A DNA stretch of 64,000 nt. Origin: Candidatus Cloacimonadales bacterium (GTDB lineage Bacteria; Cloacimonadota; Cloacimonadia; Cloacimonadales; JAIOQZ01). Made by a program: the position numbers and the translations under genes. The stretch covers positions 3,264,001 to 3,328,000 of the forward strand of contig CAXXTU010000002.1 in the NCBI GenBank assembly GCA_963662655.2, read 5' to 3'. Under the pieces are notes generated by a model. It was not told where the DNA came from. It did no database searches and worked only from the letters and a program-made list of their open reading frames with translations. Numbering within the stretch: position 1 is the first letter of the stretch; the number at the start of each line of letters is the position of its first letter. This document shows, in pieces, positions 36,600 to 47,554 of this stretch.

Positions 36600-39500
36600 A
36601 TGGATCGTAAATGGATGCTTGTAGCAGCCATCGTAGTAATCGCGATGTTGATCTTCGCGTTGGAACCGGAAGACTTTGTTATCGGAACTTATTCTTATTA
36701 CCGTAGTACATTTGGATCTATCCACAACAACTCTGGCCTTCCTTCCGTATATGCAGCGGAAATTGCAGATTTGATGCGAAGTGCAGATTATAACACGATT
36801 ATGGAGATGTATACCTCCAATACCGCAAGTCCTTCGCAGTATGCCGTTTTCTGTGAACGCGGAATAAAGCCGATCGTTTATGATGACAGGATTGCAATCC
36901 CCTCCTTTTTCAATGATGTCGAGTTTCAGGCTGAGTACATGACTCCCAGGATGCCTGGATCGGGTTTGATGCCCGACGACTGGCCCGAAGAGATGAAATG
37001 GTACAGAATTTCAAATGGATTTAACTCGGATATAGCTACTTACACATATAATGATCTTACAGACGGTTCGAAAAGTTATCAAAGACATCTCGCCGGATCC
37101 GGTGCGGGATTGGCTGTAGGGCATTATGAGAATCCCTGGCCATGGACGGATTCGGATGCCGACAAAGTTCTGTTCGGTCAGATATCGACTCTGACAGGTG
37201 CTTTAGGGGGTACGGTACAGAGCCAGACGTACAAGATCACCTTTAAGATGAGGGTGGATATTCCGATTGATTTACAGCCAGATATTAGTTGGAACGATCT
37301 TGTCGCTGATCATGGAGATCTTCCTATCTGTAATGTTGGTGCACAGGTGCTTCTTGTGAACAGTGGCGTCTACAATTATGCGAACATCCCGATTACTGGA
37401 ACTCTGGGTAGCGATATCGCCAATAGTGAAGAGAAGTTAATCACAGTTGAGGATTGGGATTATCTGCTCCAAAACACAACCCCCGACCAAGGTTTTGTCG
37501 AGTTCGAATTCGAGACAGGTTTATACTCTGATATTCAGAGCTATATTGCTTCTACATACCCGGGATACGGAATCTGGACCGATCATGGCGGATACGAGTT
37601 CAATCTGTGCCCCACGGTTTATTTCAACGACAGTGCGGTCAATATTGGTACCGTCGATGATCCAAATATCGTACCCGTGTTAGATCTTGCGATCGATTAC
37701 ATCGCAATTACAGACGATCTTAAAGAAGACTTGGATGCAGCAGACGGCACATTTGCGGATTTAGTAGCATCAACCAGTAATGAGTATGGCGGGGATGTGT
37801 GGTTTACAAGCAAGGATGAACCCATGCCGGCACAGTGGAAATCAATGGATCGCATTAGTGGATTGCTGGCAGGAGACCGGAGTTTGTTCACTTCCGTATT
37901 AAGCCGTAACCTCAAAGCTTCTGTCTATCAGGCAAGTACGAATCAATCTGGAGTTACAAACACATCCGAGATAAATCTACTGAACAAAGCGTATATGACG
38001 GTATCTAGTCCTGAGAATTATCAACCTCAATTTTACCCGATTGACGCTAAGTTGAGTAGTGAGAATGACAACCAATTCGTTCAGAACTGGGTCGATGCAA
38101 CGGACATTGATCAAACAACGAACTGGAATGCGTGGAAGACGTTACAAGGCAGGCTCAGCGTAATGTGCGCCACATATAAATAGCAACAGAAGTTTTGTGA
38201 CGATGAGAAATTCATGCCTTGTGTCCAAGCGTTCGGCAGCGTTTCCGTAGTCTCTACAAGTGGCACAAAAGTATGGAAAACATGGATGTTGCCTCCCTCG
38301 AAGTTACAAAAAGCATTGGCCTTCTTGCCATTATGTTACGATGCCGATGGAATCTTCTATTATGCGCTCGAAACAAGCAGGAATCCAGATTACGTAACCA
38401 GAGTTGAGCAGGAGGAAGAATTCGATTGGGAAACCTACGGTGATGATGAAGGTCATCCTCCTGCCCTCGATGATAGAGATATCGGTAGCAATTTCAAGCA
38501 AGGCCCGATCTTGAGATATAGTCACAGCGACCCTTATCATTTACTACCTCAATACATTGCTTTGCAAGAAGTGCATGCGGAGATGGAGGCAATTGTACCG
38601 ATCATAAAATCCTGTAATTGGGATCCCGAACTTGTCAAAACACTTCATTCGGGTGTGACACAGAGTTATACGTTACCATCAACAGGATTCCAGGTCGGCC
38701 TATCGGTATATGATATAAACGGACTTCAATATGAGAATGCTCAGTATGAGGTGGACGAAAATCATTTCGTAGGATACAAAGAAATGTATGATGGCTATAT
38801 TGAATGTTCGCCATATTTTGGGAGCGGGAACAATGATTACTTTATGCTTGTTAATCGCAGAGCCAATATTCCTTTGAATGTTGATCCCGATGATGACTCG
38901 ACACCTTTGATTTACACGAATACAGAAAGATATGGTAATCTTATTGTAGAAAATCTGAAATGGGATTTCAGAACAATCCCCGATAAATATATCGACCAAT
39001 ACTTTGCGGTATCTGATCCTCAGATTGTGGAGTTCGAGTTTGATGGAGACATGTCGAGCTATGCTCTGGTTGACGCCTATACTCTTGTGGAATGGCCAAT
39101 TACTTATGATGGAACCAGTTCCTCATCTGCTGAAGTTGAAATCGAGCCTGGCGACGGGATGCTTCTAAGCTTGCAAACCTATATTCCCACAACACTTACT
39201 CAAAGTTTGACTCTGAGTGGCCAAATTATCACTCATGATGTTACGGTGCCCTCTGGTAAAACGTTGACCCTTTCAAACAACGTTGTACTTGGAACGGATG
39301 CAACGATTACGGTTGAGGAAGGCGGAATCATGGTTGTTGCCGGCAATAACTTCGCTGATTCCGGTTCAAGAATCGACGTTTACGGATATTTACAAGCAGG
39401 CGATGGTAAGATCGTATCAAGAAACGGAACATGGCAAGGTATCGTCGTTCATTCATCGAACTCCCTGCCATCCGATTTTAACGATTTCACGCTTAAGGGA

Positions 39501-41414
39501 GCATCTTATCCCATACTTCTAAACGGTGGTGAAGCGACATTGGATCAAGTTACTTTCAGGGATTTCAACAGAGCAATCACACAAGTAAATGGTTCGTCTA
39601 TCAGCATTGAGGATTGCGAGTTTTATATCGGTGAGAACGATATGGGACTTTACATCAATAACAGCTCGAGTGGAGCAAATTCCACAGTATTTGTCGAATC
39701 AGAAACAGGGTCTCAGTTCATCGCAGCAGAAGAAGGATTAGGAACAGGCATCCATATCCTTGACGCGGATGGTTCAAGTGCAGTGTATGCTTCTATCCAA
39801 TCAGCCAATTTCGAGAATCTTGATTATGGAGTCTATATATCAACAAGCGAGACGACATCGCATAGAATTGATGACTGTTCGTTCTCTGGATGTTCTACAG
39901 GAGTTTACCTTATAGGTTCGGGGCATATCCATAACATCTCGAATTGCACTTTTACGGGAACATACCCTGTGCCATATACAGATTCTGGGATTGTTTGTAA
40001 CTACATGAAAGTGCATGATATCAATGACTGCCTATTCCACTATTGTTTGGACGGGATTTACTTGAACAATGTAAGCTCGGGAGGACGATCAATAACAAAT
40101 CCTGATCCTCCGGTTGAACCTGATGAGATTACGGATTGCACATTTAATGATAACGTCAATTGTTTCAGGTTGTTGTCTTCATCACCTCGAATCCTGCGCT
40201 GCACAATGTCTATCGAAAATGATACAGGAATGCTTATTGCCGACCGATCGCTGCCGGATTGCAGTTATACAGCAAACAATGTCTTTGCGAATCAGGAATA
40301 CAATCTGGATTTCTTGGGAGTCAGCAATGATTTGTTCACATCGGAAATCAATCTTGTGAATGGGCATAATGACTTCTACCACTTCAATGGATGTAAGGAC
40401 ATGCGTTTCACTGAATACTACGATGGTAGAAGTGTTACGATGGACATCACTTGTAATTATTGGGCTAATGATCAGGTATTGATCGATTATGAGAATCCCG
40501 ATGATTATCAGCCTGATTTCATCAATTGGCATTTCGACGATGATCCGAATGTTGAGATGATTTGGCCGCCAAACACAAGAAAAGATTTTGCCATGGAACA
40601 GGAAAGCGAAGGCAATCTTCAAACGGCTCTTGATATGTACAGAATAATCCTGTTTGATCGAATAGAATCTGAAGTCAAGGAATGGAATCTTGCGGTGGAT
40701 AAGTCATACAATCTCACTGTCCTGCTTGGCAATGATCTGGATGAGCTGAAGTCTTTCTATGAATCGCTTCTCGGCGATGTGCCCGGATTCATGACAGCAA
40801 CGGATTACGAAAAATTCGAGGCTGTTCTGAAAGACTACATCAAGAAATGCGAGGTTCAACTGAAGAACTACCAGGCAGCAGCAAATATCGTTGTAGAGCG
40901 TTTGGAGAACGCCACCACTGCGGAAGACTCTATATACGCACAAATGGATCTTGAAACGATCAACTTAATAGCAGATATAAACGGGGATCGTGCTGCTGTT
41001 GTTATCACGAAGTATCCAGAACTCAAACCTGAATCCATGAAAGATTATCAGGCAAGAGTGGACAAGCACTGGTCTGACTTGATGGCTCTGTATGGCATAG
41101 ATGATGAGATGCAGGGTGAAGAACAGGTTCCTGCCGTACCGGTGTTGTCAATGAACTATCCCAACCCGTTCAATCCGACTACGACGATCTGTTTCTCGAT
41201 ACCTGAAGCAAGCAAGGTCGAGATGGATATCTACAACATCAAGGGCCAGAAGGTGAAGAAGCTCGTGAACGATGATTATCCGCGTGGTAACCACAAAGTC
41301 CAGTGGCAAGGCGTCAACGAGACGGGACATCAAGTTTCGTCAGGAGTTTACTTCTATCGCCTGAAGGTCAATGGTAAATCGATCGGCGTAAAGAAAATGC
41401 TCATGTTGAAATAA
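36600..41414 (+). pseudogene. Cargo: ~1600-aa secreted protein with beta-helix and FlgD/T9SS-type CTD, interrupted by one in-frame TAG (38181-38183)
   Basis: Signal peptide only in the first ORF and CTD only in the second; both ORFs are in the same frame, separated by TAG plus 10 sense codons. Confidence 0.8.
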
Positions 41415-41434
41415 CCTTCGATTGATCATACAAT

Positions 41435-41463
41435 GACGGGAGAGTCGATGATGGCTCTCCCGT
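41435..41463. terminator. Hairpin terminator between convergent cargo genes
   Basis: ACGGGAGAG/CTCTCCCGT stem. Confidence 0.7.
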
Positions 41464-41524
41464 TCAATTTTGGGGTCGCAAATGCTGAATAAAACGACAG
41501 CGCTGGAAGTGAAATTCAAGAGAT

Positions 41525-42661
41525 TTAGTCTTCAGACTCTTGAATTTTATCCATCTGTATTGTCTTTTTATGTTGCTTTGTTCCTTTGATGATCACTGAC
41601 TTGTCCCATAGGGGTCGAACAACGTCATCTATTTGACCTTCAGGAACTAAGACCCTGTACAGAATCCCATTTGAATTGATCTTGATCAAGGGTACGTCAA
41701 TACTTCTGTCCGCCACCTGAAGAATACCTTTAAGAACGACTTCATCACCGGTATTAAGTCCGAGGAGAATATTGGGAGAGTCTTGTTCTTTTATATTTGT
41801 AATTTCAAGTTTCTCTCTCGTCTTGCGAAGGCTAACAGCTTTCTCTTCATTATCTTTGTTGTACGTGAAACCGACAAGACTCACATTCTCTCCATCGGGG
41901 AGTACTTTATCAATCAAACCTGAAAAATTGGAAAAATACTGATCTGAAGAGATCTTTTCCTCAAGTTTTTTCAGCTCGTTTTTTTCATATAACTCTATGC
42001 AGTCCATGACTTCCGAGATCAATTCTCCTTTTGGAAGTTCTTCAAAAACTTTAAGTTGCTCATCAGGAATAGCAATCTTGAATGTTATTGCAAAACTGGC
42101 TGCTCTTGGAACGGAAACAAAAGTTGGGAACTTTGTACGTATCTCTTTAGGGATTTTTATACGGTATTCACCTTTATACATTTTTCTTTGTGCGGTTCTT
42201 TGCATGATTCTTCTTACTGCATCAACCCGCTCTGTAAATTCTTCTAAGGGTGATATTCCATAGCCGGTTAGACCTCCAGCGAAAGACATTTGAAACTCCT
42301 CATCAGAGAGATGTACACCGTGTACCTCTAAATGTCGGCTTTGTGTTACATTTTCATATAAATCCCGGAGTTCATTGGCTACCCAAACTGGAGGGTTGCC
42401 TGCCAGGCCTTGGCAAAGAAGTCTCTCGGCCTCGATGTTCATGCCTAATTCATAAGCTATACTAGCGGCACTTCGATAGAGAATGGAACGAGAAGGTTCA
42501 ATATCCTGCAACTTCAAAGAATCAGCTGCTGCTTTTTCCTTTTCAAAAGCTTCAAGCATAATCGAATTTGATTTATCTCTCTCTCCCTTGAATCGGAGCA
42601 CTTGAGCCTGCTCAATCAGATCCATTGCTTGATTATGGATACTTTCAATTTCCTTCAACAT
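41525..42661 (-). CDS. Cargo: protein with N-terminal TPR-like helical domain, partner of the upstream nuclease-like gene
   Basis: 'H..AMDL...EP.RSILYRSAAS.A...GL.GNPP' helical domain; ATG 42661 overlaps the upstream gene by 17 nt. Confidence 0.7.
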   Translation of the reverse strand: MLKEIESIHNQAMDLIEQAQVLRFKGERDKSNSIMLEAFEKEKAAADSLKLQDIEPSRSILYRSAASIAYELGMNIEAERLLCQGLAGNPPVWVANELRDLYENVTQSRHLEVHGVHLSDEEFQMSFAGGLTGYGISPLEEFTERVDAVRRIMQRTAQRKMYKGEYRIKIPKEIRTKFPTFVSVPRAASFAITFKIAIPDEQLKVFEELPKGELISEVMDCIELYEKNELKKLEEKISSDQYFSNFSGLIDKVLPDGENVSLVGFTYNKDNEEKAVSLRKTREKLEITNIKEQDSPNILLGLNTGDEVVLKGILQVADRSIDVPLIKINSNGILYRVLVPEGQIDDVVRPLWDKSVIIKGTKQHKKTIQMDKIQESED

Positions 42662-43193
42662 AATGAACTCCCGTCTCTGATCCTGAAAACGCTGTAACAA
42701 CAACATACAATGGGATATCTTGATGGCTTTTTGTCGCTTGCTTAATCTTCTGCTTTATTCGAGTCATTAGATCGCCGTCTCGTCTAAGCTTCAATATTCC
42801 AGAGACTTCAAGTTTTGCAATCTCACCTTGGAATAATGAGCAATCCTTCTTCTGGAGTGTATAATCAAAACCAGTGCTTTTATACGATCTACTGATCACG
42901 TCAAAATCCGTCAACTGATTGATGACAATAAAAGCAATTGCCTCTGCACCCCACTCTGTAGATTCTTGATTATCACTGAAGCTATTCCGGTCTATCTCAC
43001 TCAACGAGTTCCACTCGACTCCAAGTGAATCATCAAAACAACCGGAAATACGAAGAGTTTGCCTGTCGTTGAAACCACATTCTTCAAAACAATAGGCGGC
43101 AGCCTTTCCTTTCATTAGCATAAGCTCAGGAGAAAGTTTTGGGATTACGCCTGTATCATGTAATGCGATGTAGTTCTTCTGCTTACTCATCAT
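42645..43193 (-). CDS. Cargo: PD-(D/E)XK-like nuclease-fold protein
   Basis: 'E..EWGAE', 'GFDY', 'LEVSGI' and 'R.KQK.KQ' variant restriction-nuclease motifs. Confidence 0.6.
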   Translation of the reverse strand: MMSKQKNYIALHDTGVIPKLSPELMLMKGKAAAYCFEECGFNDRQTLRISGCFDDSLGVEWNSLSEIDRNSFSDNQESTEWGAEAIAFIVINQLTDFDVISRSYKSTGFDYTLQKKDCSLFQGEIAKLEVSGILKLRRDGDLMTRIKQKIKQATKSHQDIPLYVVVTAFSGSETGVHYVEGN

Positions 43194-43298
43194 TCTTCTC
43201 CAAACAATTATGCGGCCTGTTTTGTTTCTACATTCCTTTCATTTATACTCATCGGAAGCAGGTTACTTGATAATGCAATCGAAGCATCTTCTCTGTTT

Positions 43299-45047
43299 TT
43301 ATTGTTGTATGCCATAATGCTGCCTGAGCGTACAAGTGACAGTTTGATGGTTTTTCAGGAGCTCCTTCATTGTCCATTGGTCGTTTGTGCTCATCACTCG
43401 TTGAGAATTCGCACATGGACTAATACGTCTATCGAAGTAGCGCTCCTTTTTCTGTATATAGTCAAGTCGTCCTTGTGAGGTGTTTTTCCGTGTAGAAATC
43501 AGCACAAGGTTACCCAGTCGATTCGTCCATTCTTCACGCTGGGCATTTGTGAAATCTTTTTTCCACTGGCTATCATCCTTGGGATTCTGTGGTAATATGT
43601 GTTCAACAGATAAGGTCTCGATACTCATTTTGTGATTATGATCGTGATACAAGAAATCAAGTTTCAGGAGTAAATACCGCGTGAAACGTCGCCCATATAC
43701 CGCAATATCTATTGATTGTTCAAAATTTGCAGTCTCGAAATCAAATGCTGAATGTGCAAGCACATCAGTTGGTTTTTCTGCACTCTCTATTACTTTGATG
43801 ATCTGATTCATACCTTCAATACGTTGTGTCGGTGTTTGCCTTACCACCCAATCCGCGCTGAACTTGTTGTCAAGCTTCACAAGAAACTCCATAAGCCTGG
43901 CGTACTTGAAATTCTCGAAGTACTTAAGTAATGGAGGTATCCAGTCTGTAGCAGGAAGACCTACGAGCATCACCTTTATCAGGTTGTCAAATCTGAAGGA
44001 ATTGCCCATATCATCGTAATTATTGTTTTCAAAAAGCATATTGTATAGCTTCAGATATTTCTCTATCAGTGAAAAAGTGTCCACACCCTTCTTCAGAAGC
44101 GGCGGTTTAAGCAATCCGGTTGACTTATCCTTTTCTTTCGGATCGTATATTTTATGCTCAAATTCGTCTAACAAGCTCAGTCTGGCTTTTTCCTTCACAA
44201 GTATCGTTCGGATGTAATTCAAGAAACGATCGAAATCATCCCCCAATTCACCTTCGGCCTCTTCCCACACCTTGGCATATTTCGTTTTCTCCTGATCGCT
44301 GGTTAGTGCTCCAAGGTTCTGTGATTTGAGTATATCGCTGTTTCGAAGCGGAACACCTCGGTCGTTGAGAATGGTGAAAAGCCGAAAAGCATCGTCGAGA
44401 TCCTCTGTCGCGACATAAATCATCAGAACATTGTTCGATAAAAAGGTTAGAAAATCGATGAGGTCGATATTATTCTCTCCCAAGTATCTCTTTATCTCGA
44501 GAATTGCTTCAGCCATGTTTCGTATCGAGGGATTATTACTTTTTGTCGCATAACCCACAATATCGTCATTCTTCAATGTGCCAGATGACTTCTTAATATG
44601 ATCGTCCACAAAAGTTTGGACGTCCTCTCGAATTGAAAAAAGCAATCTTGTTCTTTCAGGAATTTTTTGAATCCTATTTCCTTTTTGGTAAATTGAACTG
44701 GTATATGTCTCTTGAACTTCAGAATCATCACACATATCTCGAATACACGCAAAAAGCATCAATAGCGTTGTCATACGCTGTTGACCATCCAACAGGTCAT
44801 TTTCAACGTATTGCTTTTCAGATTGAGCATCTGCTGGTTTGGACTGAAATACAAAAGAGCCTAAAAAATATTCCTGATCTGGTTTCGTTTCTAAAGCATA
44901 AGTCAGATCATCGAGCAGGTCATTAATCTCATCTTTTCCCCAGATATATGGACGTTGATATTCGGGGATACGGAACCACATTTTCGAAAAGATGTCTTTA
45001 ACCAGTATTTTCTCGCTCTTGATTTCATTTCTCAAAGGCATGTCCAC
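43299..45047 (-). CDS. Cargo: GmrSD-type (DUF262 + DUF1524/HNH) modification-dependent restriction protein
   Basis: IPEYQRPY.W, LDGQQR.TT, F..LNDRG..L, and EHILPQ...LGNL.L....N motifs. Confidence 0.9.
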   Translation of the reverse strand: MDMPLRNEIKSEKILVKDIFSKMWFRIPEYQRPYIWGKDEINDLLDDLTYALETKPDQEYFLGSFVFQSKPADAQSEKQYVENDLLDGQQRMTTLLMLFACIRDMCDDSEVQETYTSSIYQKGNRIQKIPERTRLLFSIREDVQTFVDDHIKKSSGTLKNDDIVGYATKSNNPSIRNMAEAILEIKRYLGENNIDLIDFLTFLSNNVLMIYVATEDLDDAFRLFTILNDRGVPLRNSDILKSQNLGALTSDQEKTKYAKVWEEAEGELGDDFDRFLNYIRTILVKEKARLSLLDEFEHKIYDPKEKDKSTGLLKPPLLKKGVDTFSLIEKYLKLYNMLFENNNYDDMGNSFRFDNLIKVMLVGLPATDWIPPLLKYFENFKYARLMEFLVKLDNKFSADWVVRQTPTQRIEGMNQIIKVIESAEKPTDVLAHSAFDFETANFEQSIDIAVYGRRFTRYLLLKLDFLYHDHNHKMSIETLSVEHILPQNPKDDSQWKKDFTNAQREEWTNRLGNLVLISTRKNTSQGRLDYIQKKERYFDRRISPCANSQRVMSTNDQWTMKELLKNHQTVTCTLRQHYGIQQ

Positions 45048-45364
45048 CTCCAGCGGCTGTTAACTTTATGTTTCAAATGAAGTTTCTACAAAAGTTCTCA
45101 TGGACTAATCGTCATCCCACTCGACGTATCGTTATTTTCAGATTACACATGATCCACTTCCATTCATAGCTATTTTCGCTCCTTACAGTGTTAATTCACC
45201 AGCAATCACGTTACCATCGAAAAGAATGAAACAAACTGTTAATATGCAAGTAAGCAAATCCTGTTAAAAAGCACAAGGAAAAAATCTTAGACGCACACAA
45301 ACTCCTGTGTCATCTCAGGGCAACCCGCTTTGCCATCCTTGTGTCCTCTTCCTACTCTCGCCCC

Positions 45365-45751
45365 ATGAAACAGATTGATTTGATCGACTGGGACCGCATC
45401 CGGTTCTTCCGCAAGAGCGAGTTCGTCTGCCCGTGCTGCGGCAAGGTTGAGCTCGACGCCACCTTCGTGCTGAAGCTGGACTTGGCGCGAGAGATTGCAG
45501 GCGTGCCGTTCGTTATAACGAGCGGCTACCGTTGCCCCGCGCACAATGCCGAGGTCGGCGGGGTGAAGCAGTCCGCGCACATGGCCGGACTCGCCGCAGA
45601 CATAGCCTGCCCGGACAGCGTCACGCGCCTCGAGATACTGCGCGGCCTGATCGTGGCTGGCTTCCGGCGCATCGGCTTGGGCAAGAACTTCATCCACTGC
45701 GACGTCGACACGACCAAGCCGAACAACGTCTGGCTGTACGAGGATCGGTGA
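45365..45751 (+). CDS. Peptidase M15 (endolysin-like)
   Basis: EF.CPCCG, ITSGYRC..HN..VGG...SAH..G.AAD and FIHCD motifs. Confidence 0.9.
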   Translation: MKQIDLIDWDRIRFFRKSEFVCPCCGKVELDATFVLKLDLAREIAGVPFVITSGYRCPAHNAEVGGVKQSAHMAGLAADIACPDSVTRLEILRGLIVAGFRRIGLGKNFIHCDVDTTKPNNVWLYEDR

Positions 45752-46212
45752 TGGTTGTGCTGCCCGTTGCGACCGACAAGGCACTCGCCGTTCTCAACCT
45801 GACCAGCGACCGGCGCATCACCGCAACGTTCGAGGAGCACGCACCCGCCGTGATGCTGCTGCTGAAGCGCGTCTCGGATTCAGATGTGTGGGCCGACCTG
45901 CTCGCAGACGAGACCGACGACGACACTGTCAATTGCTACACCTTCGCGTACTGCTACATGTTACTTGCTGAGACGGTCGAGTTGCTCAACCTGAAGACGC
46001 TCGGTGAAGGCATCATCAAGACCACCGGTATCGACACGCAGCAGACGGAGCTGCTGACCGGAAGCGAGGTGCAGGCATTCCGCAAACACCTGACCATCAA
46101 GGCACTGGAAACGATAGAAGACTTTCTCAACGCAGACGGCTACTCGCGGCTCCGCGAACTGGCTCTCGGTACCTCCCGACACCGCACCCGCACCAAGGCA
46201 AGCGTGATATGA
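45751..46212 (+). CDS. Putative head-tail connector protein
   Basis: Position and size in the late operon; translationally coupled; phage-like codon usage. Confidence 0.5.
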   Translation: MVVLPVATDKALAVLNLTSDRRITATFEEHAPAVMLLLKRVSDSDVWADLLADETDDDTVNCYTFAYCYMLLAETVELLNLKTLGEGIIKTTGIDTQQTELLTGSEVQAFRKHLTIKALETIEDFLNADGYSRLRELALGTSRHRTRTKASVI

Positions 46213-46691
46213 CCCCTCCCAACTACTCCCAAAGCGACATCTACCGCGCCATCTTCGCGGCCATCGAGAGCCGTCTGCATCTCATTGGAAGCGTGATCGA
46301 TGGCGAAGCGCGACGCCTGATTCTGGAGCGGGACATCAAGGCCGAGGGCGACTTTCTGGCCAATACCGGCTACGAGGTCGAGGTGGGAAGCGCATCCATC
46401 GACCTGATCGTCGGCTCCAACGTGCCGCACGAGCCGTTCGTATTGGGCGGCAAGGTGCCGTCCTGGACACCGCTCGAGCCGCTCAAGGCGTGGGTGGAGC
46501 GTAAGAACCTGTCGTGGGTCGACAAGAAGAGCGGCAAGCAGCTCAGCGTCGAGCAAATGGCGTACATGATCCGCGCCAAGATCAAGCGTGAGGGCATCCC
46601 GGCGCGCAACGTATTCGCGGAAGTGATCAAGAACCGCGAGTCGTGGATCTTCCAGCAACTCGACAGCATCGAGGTGCGAAATGATAACTAA
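46209..46691 (+). CDS. Virion morphogenesis protein (HK97 gp10/Mu gpG-like)
   Basis: 'VGSNVP...V..G...P.EPL.AWV.RK...I..KI...G.PAR' pattern. Confidence 0.7.
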   Translation: MTPPNYSQSDIYRAIFAAIESRLHLIGSVIDGEARRLILERDIKAEGDFLANTGYEVEVGSASIDLIVGSNVPHEPFVLGGKVPSWTPLEPLKAWVERKNLSWVDKKSGKQLSVEQMAYMIRAKIKREGIPARNVFAEVIKNRESWIFQQLDSIEVRNDN

Positions 46692-46704
46692 TTCGTCAGT
46701 TAGC

Positions 46705-47121
46705 TCAGATATTCACCTCTACAAGCGTGATTGTCTCGAATTCTTCATTATTGATTTGACCATAGATTACGAAATTTCCATTAAGTGCCAATGGATCAAG
46801 AACTTCAAGGATGTTGCTCCTTGGAATCGGAATTCCTACTCCTCTAAGGTAGTCAGCAGCAGTTTTTGGTATCTGCTTCTTGTGGGATTTATCATGTGCA
46901 GTACCATCGATGTTTACAGCGGCTACTTGGTTTTGCCTGCAAAAAACGTGATAATGAGGAAGTCCCTGAGGAATGTGTGCGGAGTGTTTCTTAACCGAAT
47001 AAGTACCACCAATATGTTTCCCAACATATTTCGCCTCTATCAGCAGCTCCTTGTTCTCCGCCTCATAGAAGTACAAGAACAGAACGAACTCATTCGGTTG
47101 AATGATTACAATACGTTTCAT
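46705..47121 (-). CDS. Cargo: His-rich hypothetical protein
   Basis: 138 aa; RBS GGGGGA; 'H.HV...Q..A.N.DGTAHD.SH'; AT-rich; TTGACT at 47163-47168 (-). Confidence 0.65.
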   Translation of the reverse strand: MKRIVIIQPNEFVLFLYFYEAENKELLIEAKYVGKHIGGTYSVKKHSAHIPQGLPHYHVFCRQNQVAAVNIDGTAHDKSHKKQIPKTAADYLRGVGIPIPRSNILEVLDPLALNGNFVIYGQINNEEFETITLVEVNI

Positions 47122-47173
47122 AAGTCCCCCTTTTTCAGTACAATGAAAACGATAACATTGTGAGTCAATCAAA

Positions 47174-47554
47174 ATGTGCAATTTCATCACAAAACGAAAA
47201 CAAATCTGCAAGGCGTTGGACGCCTGTGGGATCGATGCGGAAAACATCCGCTTCCACAAAGACGACATCCCGTCCGCATTCCCCGCCGCGATGGTGGTCT
47301 TGCAAGGAGAGAAAGGCGTCAACGGCACCAGCAAGCGGTACACGAGCATCGAGCACGACATCGGCGTGTTTCTCATCGTGGATGTCAACGACTCCGACGA
47401 CCCGGACAGCGCAGTGATCGCGCTCTCGGAGCGGTTCCGCGAGCAGTATCGCAATCACCTCGGACGGGACATCCCGCAGGTCGAGTACTACGCCGCCAGA
47501 GCCGATTCGGGCCGCAGAGTCCGCATCGCAAAAGTATTCACAGTGACGCCATGA
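47174..47554 (+). CDS. Putative tail completion/terminator protein
   Basis: 126 aa in the late operon, coupled to the portal gene; its N-terminus appears altered by the cargo insert. Confidence 0.5.
   Translation: MCNFITKRKQICKALDACGIDAENIRFHKDDIPSAFPAAMVVLQGEKGVNGTSKRYTSIEHDIGVFLIVDVNDSDDPDSAVIALSERFREQYRNHLGRDIPQVEYYAARADSGRRVRIAKVFTVTP

Noticed and set aside
38181..38183. Genome-wide or phage-wide TAG recoding
   Set aside because: TAG is the evident true stop of kbl, the TPR-HisKA gene, MuA and others; only one gene is interrupted.
34810..41414. Diversity-generating retroelement acting on the surface proteins
   Set aside because: No reverse transcriptase and no TR/VR repeat pair was seen in the window.
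46681..47163. 160-aa plus-strand ORF in the late operon
   Set aside because: It is mostly the antisense of the cargo gene 46705-47121, which has an RBS and promoter; only its first codons look like the original phage start.
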